Assembly (NCBI GenBank): GCA_900617105.1
Contig: UYFQ01000098.1
Span: 62,001-126,000, forward strand
Reading direction: 5' to 3'
DNA: 64,000 nt
From: Hydrurus foetidus
Lineage: Eukaryota
In this document: positions 1 to 12,420 of the stretch, piece after piece
Layout: every line of letters begins with the position of its first letter
How positions within the stretch are numbered: the first letter of the stretch is position 1
Program-made: the position numbers and the translations under genes
Notes under the pieces: generated by a model
Told to the model about the DNA's origin: nothing
The model's input: only the letters and a program-made list of their open reading frames with translations
Database searches by the model: none

Positions 1-189
1 CGCTTTCAACTGTTCTCTAGTAAGCTGTTCAATCATCAAATTCACATCTCGAATCTTCGATTCATCCGCTCTGGTGTATTTCTGCAGTGCAAGACTGTCA
101 TCTTCTTTTTGTTTAGCTGTGGTAGCCCATCTTTCTAGTTCTTCCTGATTCCTAACAAATTGCAGAACTCATCAGAATTCGCATTCTTG

Positions 190-248
<59 letters not shown>

Positions 249-1070
249 AATAAATAAATTGCATACTATTCGCATAGAGAAGATAAGGGAAAAGAGGAGA
301 AATTCAAAACCCATCGAAATGATGAAATAGTTACATCTGCTCACCAATTCATTTTCATTTTGAACTCGTCCATTTTTTCGTTTGACTTATGAATGTTGCT
401 TTGAACCAAACTAAGTTCGTCTTGGACTCTGAAGATAATTTGGAGTTAGAGAAATTGAAATTCTTGTCGTCGGTAAATGTCACACAATTACGCACCTTTT
501 CATTTAAATCTTAACTTCTACGCATGTGATGGCTGTTAGTGAAGGCATATTGAGTGATGGGGCGAGGAGAATAAAGAACGATAGGATTAAGGTTTAGAGT
601 TCTTACTTTTCCAATGCCAGTGTTAAACGCTTCGTTTCTGCTTGATTCTGGCCTACTGCTCTCGATGTTAGTTGCTGAAGATGCTTCTCAGTCTGCATTT
701 CAGCAACTTTCGCTGTACTCAGTTCGTTTGTGTGATCAAGTTCCTGCTGAACATTCTTAAAGTGATTTTTCATGACTTTGAGTCGCTGTGCCATATCAGC
801 TGATTTCTCGGACAGATCCTCTATGAGCAGCTCTTTCTGTTTAATGTCGGCATCAATCTTTCTCGCTTCCGAGCTGGCGAAGAGCGGTAGATCATCGACT
901 CCTGGTAACTGAACATCTTCCTCAGGTCTATAGTCGTCATCTACCGGCTCTTGCTTGCTGTAGCTCTCAGGTTCGTCATACCTGGATTGCAATTGTGGCT
1001 CCATGTTGTCATCAGCGAATGATTCTAAGTTACCATCTTCAGTATTATTCTCAACATCGTCGTCGTCCAT
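1..1070 (-). CDS. CCDC39: Coiled-coil domain-containing protein 39 (axonemal 96-nm ruler, FAP59); 3' part runs off the window
   Basis: Exons ~606-1070, ~346-429 and 1-151 splice in frame via GT-AG. They give HFKNVQQELDHTNEL...EKHLQQL...IHKSNEKMDEFKMKMNWNQEELERWATTAKQKEDDSLALQKYTRADESKIRD, matching the CCDC39 N-terminal signature (WNQEELEQW...KEED...L.KY.RAD..KI). Confidence 0.9.
191..258. repeat. (AAAT)n microsatellite in a CCDC39 intron
   Basis: Directly visible tandem AAAT; reads (TTTA)n on the gene's sense strand. Confidence 0.95.
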
Positions 1071-1692
1071 TCTTTATCAAATTAACGATTTCTACCCGCA
1101 GTAGATCTCAATTTCTTCGATTGTGACACGATTATAGATCCTCTCCAAAACTCGGCTGCAGAGGTGCTCAGTTATGATCCTTTTGTCGAGCTTCCACTAA
1201 ACTAGTTACATTAGAGAGAGGCAACAATCGAGAGAGAGAAGAATATTACGAGATCGAATCGAAACGGTTTCAGAAGGGGGTCCCAAAGGGGATGTTACGG
1301 GAGCGCCCGTCCAATTCCTACCTCACAGCTGTAAATTGTAAATTTCAGAAGTCAAGTGTCAAGTGCTCTTTTCCTCGTCATAAACTATTTTTCGTTGAAG
1401 CGAATCCTTGAAACTGATGGACGCGATCTTCTAAAGATTTTGTCAAGTTCAAGAAAGTATCTCATTTGATGGGGAAAGAATGTTCGAAACTCTTCAGAGA
1501 GAGAAAGGATTTGTAGACTGATATCCGTCCAATTTTGAATTCGAATCAATGAGCAATCACACCGTGTAATAAGCGGACGAAAAACTAGAGAATTTCTGTT
1601 GTCCGAAAAGCAAAGATAATTCTATTGGAGTTGTTAATAACATCAAAGAAGATCTTTGATTAATTTCAACTCAATTTCATTCGATGAAGTCA

Positions 1693-4280
1693 TTACGAAG
1701 TTTCTCTCAATCCAGCGGCTTGGTGCAATGAAGCCCAAGCCAACATCGGATCATCCCGGGCTATTCCCCCTCCTCCGGTGTAATCATCCGCACCACTAAT
1801 ATCCATAGTACTCCTCATACTACTCTCACTATCAAACGTTCCCTCCCTTTGCGCACGTACTTTATCCAGCCGTATGGTACGTGCCGCGACAACATCAACT
1901 TCAAGTTGGACCAAAGAATCTCTCAGTAAGGCGTGGAGCACTTCCGCTCTTTCCGTTGCCATTTTAGCAGCTGCCAGTATAACGGAAGCTTTTACAGCCA
2001 CTTGGCCGGGTTTATGAATAGCACATAACTCCCTGATGAATGTTAATACTTTGTCAATTAAATACAGACACGATTGTATGATGATCACATCATACAACAT
2101 AGCCATTGTTTGAAAGTGTAGATTTCAATTCAGCTAGCATGTATTTCAAGGATAACAATCGACCCCAAATCGTACTCACACAACTAGACAAACCTTCCAA
2201 TGCGACTAAACACTCACACATGCATACACACAGATGTATGCAAACACAAACAACCACAATCATCCCCCCCCTCTCCACACGCACACACATAACACGCACC
2301 TGTGGGCATTTATCGAGAATGTGAGTGTTCCGTCCATGCTCGCCTCTTCAGCAGCTGACGGATCCGCCAACAACACAACACCCACCGCCTGACAGATATA
2401 CAGACAGAGAAGTGTGTGTGGTGTGTGTGTGTGAGAGAGAGAGAGAGGGAGAGAGAGAGAGAGAGAGTGCGAGAGTGAGAGATAGAACGAGAGAGGGAGG
2501 GATTGACAGACAGAGAGATGGAGAGCGGTGTAAGCTAGAGGAAGAAAATGTTGACGTAAATTGCATGATGCTGTGATGAACTATCTATTTGTATACATAC
2601 GCATTTCAAAAATTCCTTCGCATCTTATTAGATTACACAAAGTAGTATAACATATAATATCGCTAAAAAGTCTAAGTATCCCTAAAATCCAGGGCTACAA
2701 TTCACGGGAACGCTAAAAAGTTTCCCAAATAATTATTTTATGGTAAGGTTCGAAATTTACCATAAACTACTCCTTTTATGGGAAAGTTTTCCTTTTTCCG
2801 CATGTTTTATGGCAAAAAATTGTATGGAAAACCTTTTAGCGTTCCCGCGAATTGTAGCCTAAGTGCAACATAATTTGCGGTCAACATTACATACCTTTTC
2901 CTCATCGTCACCAGCTATTCGAATATTCTCAAATATTCCAAATGATACTGACAAAGGGGTGTGATGCAATGCTGCGAGTTGATGGTGTAAAGATATCTTG
3001 GTTAGATTGATTCTCTCATTGAGCAATTCTGGAAAAAACACGCCCCAGAAATTTAGTGAAAAAACAGAGGTGATAAAATTTGGCGCGAATACAGAATACG
3101 GAACACGAAACTTACCCAGAGGAAGTGGTTCTCTTTCATCTGACCGATGAATTGTCAGATCTCCAACACTGCGTGTACATGATATTGTTATGCGTACGAA
3201 AGTTGAATGAGTGAGATAGATTCAATATGGAATTTATGGTTATATGTTATATTAATAATTTCGTTAGGATCGAGGTAGGGAAGACGTGGGTGACTCATAA
3301 TATCTCAAATTTCATATTCCCAAATGTCAAAGAAAGCCTCTGCGACAGTAATACAGGCATCAGGAAATCTTATAAATGTGGAAGCGTCCTGTTTTACCTG
3401 AGAGAATTCTTTCCGGCTTCTGATATGACGGAAACTTCTGGTTTCCTAAAGGCCTTAAACGCACTCATTGCAGCCAACAGTGCGGTGTCTATGATATTCC
3501 CACCACTGAAATCTAGGACTCTAACATCACAACTTATCAACCACACTTTTTCTCCGCTGATTATACAGAGAGATTCAGTATCTATTGCATCGCTTTCTCT
3601 TATTGATCTATCTAACAGTCTACTCAACTGTACTTGTGAGACACCATGCGACTCTGCCTTGGGAGAAACCTCCGCATTGAACTGAATTATGCCTGGTAAA
3701 CGATAGAGAGTGCAGGTATTCATGAGGACATAGCGACACATTCAATGCTCTGGTTTGTAATGGTGGAGCTTTCAAAGGTTGTCGAACTTCTCAGGCACAG
3801 TCGATGCCACTACACATGGAGTGCAGTCTTGTTTTCGACGACCAGCTCGTCAACAGTGATGACAGAGAAAGCGCATGAGCAACAGCAATGAATTGGGGCC
3901 ACATTCTCGATGAAGTCAGAGGCGAGTTACACACTTCGCAATTCTGTTGAACAATTAAGAATTTGCACCTTCTGTGGGACGATCAGGATATGGGGCTGTT
4001 ATTTCTCCGGATACAACAGATACAACTCTTGTGCTGCCAATAATTACAGTAGCCGTAGCGCTCATCTCAGCTCTGTTAAGGGTCACCTCTATGTCCCTGT
4101 ACTCAGCTGGACCTCTCCCATCAAGTCGTATACCCTGAGCCAAAGCTTGCCTGATGAAGACTGTAACTTGACGCGTCAGCGATCAAATATTTCTAACGGA
4201 CACGTCCGGAAATGCTTAAATCATACAGGTTGCTCACCATTCTCATGACTAGGGACTCCCTGAACTTGATGCTTAATCAT
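1693..4280 (-). CDS. RRP45: Exosome complex component RRP45 (EXOSC9), RNase PH-like
   Basis: Exons ~4238-4280, 3969-4160, ~3398-3691, ~3116-3170, ~2895-2980, ~2300-2390, 1693-~2031. They give FIRQALAQGIRLDGR...EITAPYPDRPTEG...LDRSIRESDAIDTESLCIISGEKVWLISCDVRVLDFSGGNIIDTALLAAMSAFKAFRKPEV...EREPLPLALHHTPLSVSF...LADPSAAEE...INAHRELCAIHKPG, all Rrp45 motifs. Confidence 0.92.
2412..2520. repeat. (GT)n/(GA)n compound microsatellite in an RRP45 intron
   Basis: Visible dinucleotide runs; pyrimidine-rich on the sense strand just before the acceptor. Confidence 0.9.
2693..2859. mobile_element. MITE (~167 bp) with ~33-bp TIRs, PIF/Harbinger-like ends
   Basis: Left GGCTACAATTCACGGGAACGCTAAAAAGTTTCC is the near-perfect reverse complement of right GGAAAACCTTTTAGCGTTCCCGCGAATTGTAGCC. 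The right flank is TAA but the left flank is not, so the superfamily call is tentative. Confidence 0.75.
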
Positions 4281-4847
4281 GATTTAGGCTTGCTTCTCGC
4301 ACGACAGTTGATGCCAATCTCACACTTTCTGAAAGCAGTTCAGTTGCGGTTGCGCAGAAAAAGGTTTTTCTGTCGAGTTGTTAATGGATGTGCCACCAAA
4401 AGCAATTGTAAGTGATAAATAATGAAGTTTTAGCAATCTACTGGCAATTCGAATTGGCTGAGAGCTTATCAGCTGATCATATTATTGGCATACCTAAATT
4501 TGGGTAAATTTACCAAATATCTTATCAGCATTGAGCGTTGAGCATGTCAATGATGCTCTACCGTAATCAAAAGAGGTGTGCTTAAGACAAGCGGCTCAAT
4601 GGAATTATACAAGCAATTTGAAGTTGGGCACACTACTGTATACTATGATGTTGCTTACCTAGTGCTGCGATAACTAGACGCAGCGAGTGGTAGAGTATTC
4701 CTAGTACAGCCGTTGTGAAATACTCAATTGAACCACCACTGGTACTAAACTACAGTACCTATTTATATCTCTCAACTAGTCCGAAATAGTGGGACACTTT
4801 CATTTTGTATTGGGCATGATGTTCAATGCTCAATGCTCACTGCTCAC

Positions 4848-5504
4848 CAGAGGTGACCAACGATTAATTGTACGATTAATCGTGACACTAAAAATCTCAA
4901 CAATTAGTCTCAACAATTAGTCATACGATTAATTATTGGCTAGATTACGATTATCCATAATCGCTACGATTAATCATAGCGATTATTTTCACAATAATTC
5001 TTATTAATTACTCCTCACGGTTAATCAATTTGATTAATTGTCACAGTTATTGTGACAATTAATCGCTATAGTCGACACTGCCTTCTCAGTCTCCAACTTG
5101 ACAATCCAAAACTCATCACAGCTAGATACCAGAAGTCAACCAAAACTCAGGCTACAAGACTGCCGACCACCATGATGAAATCCGGAACTGCAGAATCTTC
5201 GGGGCAATCAATCGAAAGTTGTATCCGAGCTTTCTGACAACTGGAATGGCACAGGAGATTAATTGCACCCATTAATCAAGACAATTAATCGTCACGATTA
5301 ATTGATACGATTCATTGTATTGATCAAATAATACGATTAATTAGTGCGATTAATTAATCGTATTTCTACCACTACTTTTGGTACGATTAATCGTATAATT
5401 AATCGTTTTAATCGTGATCTTCCAAAATTTTCCAAACGATTAATAATTGTTAACGATTAATCGTCGATTAATTGCGCCTCACAATTATTGTTTGGTCAGC
5501 TCTG
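4848..5504. mobile_element. Non-autonomous hAT-like DNA transposon (~657 bp)
   Basis: TIRs CAGAGGTGACCAA / TTGGTCAGCTCTG (12/13 match); 8-bp flanks CTGCTCAC (4840-4847) and CTGCTCAT (5505-5512); both subterminal regions packed with CGATTAAT(CG) motifs; no transposase ORF. Confidence 0.85.
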
Positions 5505-5782
5505 CTGCTCATTATGTAAAAAAACAAAAAACCGTTCTGCACGAAACCGTTTTTGAAAATAACGGTAGATACAGAAAAACGATAAATCACTTCACTTCAA
5601 TGAAGAATCCAAACCAAGCAAGAAGCAAGAAGCTTGCAATCTGGAATCCCAATATGAGATTGATAACCACCGACAATATCAGACGCAATCAGGGCTTTGT
5701 GAACTTCTATCCTGCAGGAGTAATTTCAACAGCGTCGAAGGCAGCTCGTTGGCAGCGTTTCATTAAATAGTAAAAGTGGATA

Positions 5783-6259
5783 ATGAGGTCCACTGATAGA
5801 CGCAGTTCGTTTGGGGTTGTAGGTGTTGTCGGGTCCTTTCGCCTTCTGATAATCGCCCTGACTTGCAGTTTGTCAATGAAATCAGCAGTTGCTTTCTCCC
5901 CAAAGTCAATGCCATTGAAAATCGGTAGAGCTCGTACCTGTCATGGCGACAAATTATCAAATTTCAGAGCTACAACCATCTTATCCGCTACTCCAAACGA
6001 TTTTATTTCGACCTCTATCTACCTTTCTGCTCAACTGGAGGCATATGAGAAACAAGGTGTTCCATCTATCGTTCTCCCTATCATTGTTTCGCTTATAGTT
6101 GGGACAATATTACTCCCCCTTACCGCGCGAAAGTTTCAGAAAGATAGAAATACTAGAAGTTTAAAAGATAAAGGGATGCAACAAGAACCCGAGGATGCGG
6201 CTGGAGCATACGAGAAATTTTACAAATTAAATACAAAAGAAGAGAAGGACAAAATTTGA
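5783..6259 (+). CDS. Hypothetical plastid-targeted single-pass membrane protein (158 aa)
   Basis: Intronless ATG ORF. Hydrophobic signal followed by SAVA-FSP (ASAFAP-like), a Ser/Thr/Arg/Lys-rich transit-like stretch, one TM helix (IVLPIIVSLIVGTILLPLTA) and a charged tail. Confidence 0.7.
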   Translation: MRSTDRRSSFGVVGVVGSFRLLIIALTCSLSMKSAVAFSPKSMPLKIGRARTCHGDKLSNFRATTILSATPNDFISTSIYLSAQLEAYEKQGVPSIVLPIIVSLIVGTILLPLTARKFQKDRNTRSLKDKGMQQEPEDAAGAYEKFYKLNTKEEKDKI

Positions 6260-7039
6260 AATCACCGCCTGAATTTGTTTAGGATGAAGACTTTTTTCTG
6301 GAAGGCGAAGTTCCTGATGTTTCAGATAACCCAGTCTTCTTAGCACAGCAATTATCATTACATTATTGAGCAGCTGATAATAGAAACGTCTTATATTTGA
6401 TTCGCATGTATAAATTAAAAGGAGGCTTTTAGAAATTCATACTCGATTCTACATGTGAATCAACGCGAAGTGCATTACTTCAAGAAACACATCGAAATGT
6501 TTTACTGAAGCGAATGAGACCAACACATCAGAACTTCTTCACCATGAAGAAAGACTTGAAACAAACATATACATTCCGATATTAGTGACGGTTGTACACA
6601 CATGCGAGACATGAAGGCCGAGAGGTGACAGTCCCATTGGACAGTAACGGGCCAGACAAATGCTATTTCTTCGTTTTGCATATGAAGGAGAGCAGATCGC
6701 AATTTGGTCAGGCTCTCAACAAGATTTCACAGGGATAAAGAAAATTGCTGTTACTAAAGTAGAACTGTGTACTTTCGAAAATTCTGATGCAAAAAACAAA
6801 AGGAAGTTATTTAGTCGCAAGAAAGAGTCATTATCATTTGTGAAAGATTCTGCGCCGAAATATTTTCCAAATCAATTCAGTTTAGTTTAGTCGAGTAAAA
6901 CAAAAGCGCAAATTGAATATTGAGATCAAAATACTGTTTACGAATATCCTATCAACCAAAATAAAAAACATTAAAAAAAATCTATTTCATCATCACTAGA
7001 GTTTTAAATTAATTTTTATTACATGTGTACGTGCTCTAT

Positions 7040-10000
7040 TCAGAACTTCTCATTGATATATCGCAACACTTCTTTGTTAACCAGTTCTGGAATCTGATCC
7101 ATAGGACAGTGGCCACCGCCTTAAAAAAGAAAAAGATTCCGTATGAGCAAAAGGATGTTAGATAAAAAACGGCGAAGAAGATAGGCTGAATAGCGAATAT
7201 TTAAAATATAAAAGCTGAAATAAGCAGTCCGTAATAATTCTCCTTCAGTAATTTTTAAGAGGATTTAGTACAACAATCTACTACTAAACTAATCAATTTG
7301 GAAAATATGAAAAAGTTCATTTGTTACCTGGTAGAGTTACGAATTCGTCAACACACGGAAATCCTCCATACATTTTTCGGCCCATTTCAATCGGTTCCCA
7401 GGGGTCATTTTCCCCCCATAGAATACGGACCGGGACGGTCACTTTGGGTAAGAGTTCTTCAGGCAGAGGACCACCGCTGATATGATGCAGATACGTATGT
7501 ACAATCATGATGTCAGACATAAGTGCTTCTACTGAGAGGGATATTTAGTTCATACAATTAGTTTCAAATAGTCATTTAATGAATTACTGATATAGCCCCT
7601 TTCCGTCTCATCTATCCTATACTCCCCGAAATGAATCACATAATTTCTACCTAATTCCCGCACTTCCTCTTCCATTTCTTCACCTTTCTTATAATCACAC
7701 TTCACTTCCTCTACTCCCCCAGCATCCTTCTCTCACACACTATACTGCACCTTATATCGCATCACGTAATAATACGTCACCGCACAATAATATCTCCACC
7801 ACATCACATTCTACCCCACAACTCTCATCATTCCCAGCACTAAAAAATATAAATTATAATCACCTGTAAGATATAAAGTCCAGGAACACGTCAGCTGCTC
7901 CCTCTTGTAGTCCCGGCTGAAGGATGAAGTTCAAGGTCTCGTCATCCACGGACTTTGGGTCACCATACGCCTACATTCCACAATAAAATGTGCACATTTT
8001 TCAGTATTTTAGTATCGACTATTTTTTTACAATTGGAGTACTTAGGTAGACTGAAACTGACAGAATGGAGACACTCTTGAAATTGCAATGATAATTTCGT
8101 ATCCAAATAAAGTCGTGAACAAAAACTCCATCCCTAACTTTTGGCCGACATGATTTAAAAAAACTGAAATCTTGACATACAGGACACTTGTACAAAATTG
8201 AAAAATTTCCAACGATTCCTGTACTGTTTACACACAGTCTAATTAATATGTCAAGTGTCTGAAAAAAATTCACTGGTTTATTATACTATATGTACAATTT
8301 AATTGATATTTACCTGTCTTAAAATGTTTCTCAATGGTTCAGGTTGAGCGACTCCGCCGAAAAAAGATTTTCCTAGTCCAGTTTCTCTCAAGACTTGGAT
8401 TTAAATGGAATTAAGGTCAATGAATTATTTAGGTTAGAGAAAGAAACAGAAAAGAGAACAGTATAAAAAACGAAATAAAAGTTTGTCACGTTAATAAAAA
8501 GTTTTTAAGCGTGATTGGATTAAATGATCGACTTCAAAATAGAATAGAATTCGAAAAAAAATTGTCTGCGTAATCTTCTCTTCTCGTGTTTTATGTGATT
8601 TGATTAAATATTACCTGTTTGTATCAGTGAAACGAAAGGCCTCTGCAGTGGAGATTGCTTCTTCAAATGCAACATACGTAAAGAAATATCGATGAGAACT
8701 ATTCCTTTGACCAAATCTGGCCTGAAGAAAAAACCGAATAAAAACATTTTAGTGTGGCATTAGCAGCACTAATTTGTTATGTTTATCGTGATGTATAAAT
8801 AGAATACATACTTGAAATTAAAATGTCTTCTCTGACTTTTATAATTCTATTTGGAGTCAATTCAATAATGTAATTATACTGGGTGTACAGTATAAGATAA
8901 AATTTCATCAATTATGAAGCGAGACAAGGAAACATTGAGAATAGCGCAGACTATAATTTAAATATCACGATGAAAGAATTCACCTGTCTAGAGCAGCTTG
9001 TAAGCCAACAACTCCGCCCACTGAATTGCACACTAAAATCGATGGCTCCTTCACCACATTTTCTGCATGAGGTAAGCATAAATTTATATAGACAAGAGTT
9101 AAGCAAATATTGAACATGGGAGCCTTTAATTGAAATACAGAAAATTGTACAGAAATAATGACACGTACAGAATATTTTGATTAAATGCGAAAAGGATGGA
9201 AATTAGAGCAAAGATGTTACAACAGAGGAATTACAAATGTAACATGCAAATTCATTTTTGGGTATAATCTGTGAAAACGTAAAATGTACCAACCGATAAA
9301 CGAATTTGTTTGTACAGCCCAATTTTCAAAATTGTAAAGTTCGTTTACTTCATATTGCTTAGGGTTCGGCTTGTCGCTATATCCTGCAAAAAGATTCACG
9401 GTTTGAAGAATGTCAGCTAGTAAGCGAAGTCAAGTGGATAAGATAGCAAGAATGGCCAATTGAACGTGTTGTAAAGTTTCAAAAATGAGAGTTAGTGGAG
9501 CATACTAGAATAGACAGCATGAGTGCCAAAAGGATATTCTCCTTTACATGTCGAGTATTCTCATGTCTCCTTAACAGGCAGTGAGTCATGATGCATCTTA
9601 CTGTATGATCTGAATAATTTGAAAATCTTATCATTCCCCTAAATTGAAAATATTCATAGGTCGCTGAGGAGTAGTCAGAAAGAATGTTCCTCACCGTATC
9701 CTAGTAGATCAATTGCATACGATTCATGGCCACTTTCCGCAAATTTTGGGACGTTCTTGCGGAATTGGTCTGCATTTCCTCCGAAGCCGTGAATACAAAC
9801 GATTGGAGGCTTCTTCGTCTTAGGAATGTCATTATCATGCGAGATTGAGAAGAGCAAAGAATGAAGGGAGTAATCAGTGGAGCGATGCATCAGAGACAGT
9901 GGGCGTAATCATAGATAGATTGATATAATGCTACTGAATAGACGTAATGCTATTGAATGAACAGGCCCAGAGAGCATGATATGGTCTGCAGCTTCACAGT

Positions 10001-10352
10001 ATAAATGTTTAGAATGCACACATCTTATTCGATCAGACAATACCGGGCAAATTTTTCGAAAAGAGAAAACTCGAAGGTGTCAAAATGACAGCGTAAGCAC
10101 CATAATCGAGCACCATATTTGAACTCTCATGGGAATATGCAAGTGGAGCTTTCGAAACCATCTCATTCCTCAATCTCGTACCTTCGAAGAAGCTTCAATC
10201 GACTTGTACCTCATATTGTATTGGCCGTAGGTACCTAGCGAATAGCTGTGGAATTTTGTGTTGACTGCTTGCTGCTGTGATACTGCACAAATGACACTAC
10301 AAATCGAGGAAACGATGAAGGCACAGATCACTGCTTTCGAATTTTGCATCAT
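7040..10352 (-). CDS. Alpha/beta hydrolase of the cyanobacterial/plant pheophytinase-chlorophyll dephytylase-like group
   Basis: About 9 exons splice in frame: PIVCIHGFGGNADQFRKN...AIDLLGYGYSDKP...LVCNSVGG (nucleophile Ser)...LIDISLRMLH...GAADVFLDFISYSGGPLPEELLPKV...LWGENDPWEP (Asp)...GGHCPMDQIPELVN (His); N-terminal hydrophobic signal. Confidence 0.85.
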
Positions 10353-10892
10353 TCTGATTAGAATTTTATCCAATCAAGCGAAAGGTTTCCGTAAGGAAAT
10401 CGAAACTATAATTTCCCCCTCGTCGCGATACTCCGTCACTCACAAAGAGATCATGCAAGTGACAAGTGAACCTATGTTCGAACGGAGACTTCGTTGACTG
10501 TAGAACAAGTTGAGTTTTAGAGACATAACTCTCTCCATGCTGGATGACGTCACTGGCGTACTTCGTGCATTGCAGATAATTCAGGCTTTTGACTTTTCAG
10601 GGAAAAGGACGAAATCCTCGAAATTTTGACACCTTCGGTAAGTTTGGGGGGACTAAAAACGATCCTTCAATAAAGATCGATTGTCAAAATCGCGCGTATT
10701 TCAACTTCCTTTGCCAGCTGCCTGGCTGCTGCCGTCTGAAGTCTGAAGTTCAATGATCACCGATTTCATTAGACATCATCTTCCCGGCTCTAAGACGCAC
10801 ATCGACACAGTTGATCCCTCCCATACAGAAGTCACGGTTGCTGGGTCCAACCAAAATTTGTTGCCATACAGATTCTAGGCGCCTCTTTGAAC

Positions 10893-11636
10893 ATGAGACC
10901 AAATGTGATGATTATTCTAAGCACGCTATTACTTTATTCCACACTCTCATACGCATTGAGGAGAGCAAATCTCGTAATGAGGAAGGCTGTGCGGAGTCCA
11001 GAAAGCTACACCTCGGAATTGAAAATACGTACACCTGCCAGCGTTGCCGGCAAGATTGTATTAGCCTCAGATTCCTCAAAATCGAAAGATCTATCGTACT
11101 CGTGTGATCTGAAAATAAGGGCACCGGCAAGCACCGGAAGCAGTTCCCTAACGTGCTACTTTGAAAAAAGCTCAGCCTGTTCTTCATGCAAAACTGGTAT
11201 ATGCCCGGTGGATAATCGTCCCTGCGATGCAAATCGAGACTACATGGATCATATTTACGGAGCACGATTCATGCCGAAGCCGAAACCTGTCTTTCAATCT
11301 TACAAATATTCCCAGCAATCACAACTGCATATGTATGCGGCAACAGCGGCCACAACGCCTCCTGAACCAGAACGAGTGCTAACTGCCTCTGAAAGAAGGA
11401 GCAGACGCCAGAAATTGTTCCTAATGTCTACTTGGCTTGAGGATCTGCTTCCAAATCCGTCTCAGGGCAGATCGTGGATGTTCAACTCCATCTGCGACAC
11501 TGTCAAAATCACAACTCGTGTGGGTCGATTCATAATATCGTTCATCATGATGCTCACTTCGGCAACGACACTTTCCTCGCCTTCTGAAGAGCAAAACCAA
11601 AGGGACTCGACAAAGCACGGAGCGGAGCACCTCTGA
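10893..11636 (+). CDS. Hypothetical signal-peptide protein with Cys cluster (~247 aa)
   Basis: Intronless ORF from ATG 10893; signal peptide MRPNVMIILSTLLLYSTLSYA; internal repeat LKIRTPAS/LKIRAPAS; CSSCKTGICPVDNRPC; hydrophobic C-terminal segment. No family recognised. Confidence 0.65.
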   Translation: MRPNVMIILSTLLLYSTLSYALRRANLVMRKAVRSPESYTSELKIRTPASVAGKIVLASDSSKSKDLSYSCDLKIRAPASTGSSSLTCYFEKSSACSSCKTGICPVDNRPCDANRDYMDHIYGARFMPKPKPVFQSYKYSQQSQLHMYAATAATTPPEPERVLTASERRSRRQKLFLMSTWLEDLLPNPSQGRSWMFNSICDTVKITTRVGRFIISFIMMLTSATTLSSPSEEQNQRDSTKHGAEHL

Positions 11637-11881
11637 TCTACTTCAACTTCAACTCAATCCCAAATTTTGTTTCTTGACATGTTCATTGCCTCAAATATTC
11701 GAAAGCCAAATTCAAGCACTCAGCACTGGACAATTGAGTGCCAGTATTTACAAATCCCACCGAAAGAAAGTCTGATAATCATATTCATTTATCGTTGATT
11801 TGAAATGGAAGCGCGTCGCATCGCTCCTATGTGAGCAGAGTTCCATTTTCAATCAAAATTCAATGAATACGCTACTCCCCT

Positions 11882-12420
11882 TTATTTGTTCTCTGTATAT
11901 AATGTACTGAAAACTGAGGTAATTGTCTCCGTTCTTTTTGTCACCATTTCCGTCACATTCCCATCCATCATCCGAGACACGTAGTCTCGCTCTGGCTTTT
12001 GTAAATGTTTTAATTCAATCGAACTTACTTCCTCAAATTCTTCCACCTTTATCTTGCGTCGATTGATAAGTACGTTCCAGTTGTACGGACTAATGATTAT
12101 TTCTCCATAGAGAGGATGAGGGGGATTCAGATTGTGAGAGGAAGACTGAAGGTGAATAAGGTCAAGCATATTTTCTGGATAGGTAGTCCAAGGAAGAAGG
12201 TTGGAGGTAGGAACAGAGAAATGACTGACATCTTCCTTCAAAGAGAAAATGAGAGGTGCACAGTATCTAGTGCCCCGGGAAGTTACTCAGCCCAGCGACC
12301 CAGCCCGTATGCCCAGCCTTCACACTTTATGGCTACATTATGGTTACTTTAGGCTTAATGTAGGGAGTTCAATGACAAGATGGATTTTCGCTCCCTCTCC
12401 TACCTTACCTTGTCTTTCAT
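11882..12420 (-). CDS. Possible small spliced hypothetical gene or gene fragment
   Basis: A strong donor AAG|GTAAGG (~12408) and an acceptor TTCTCTTTGAAG (~12236) would join MKDK to a ~117-aa open frame ending at 11882. No homology recognised. Confidence 0.3.

Noticed and set aside
1693..2299. Separate gene downstream of RRP45
   Set aside because: RELCAIHKPG and the following helix are the last exon of RRP45; the 2090-2299 ORF is intronic.
5052..5770. ORFs in and next to the hAT element as a transposase
   Set aside because: They are short, start at non-ATG codons, and show no DDE, BED or hAT dimerisation motifs.
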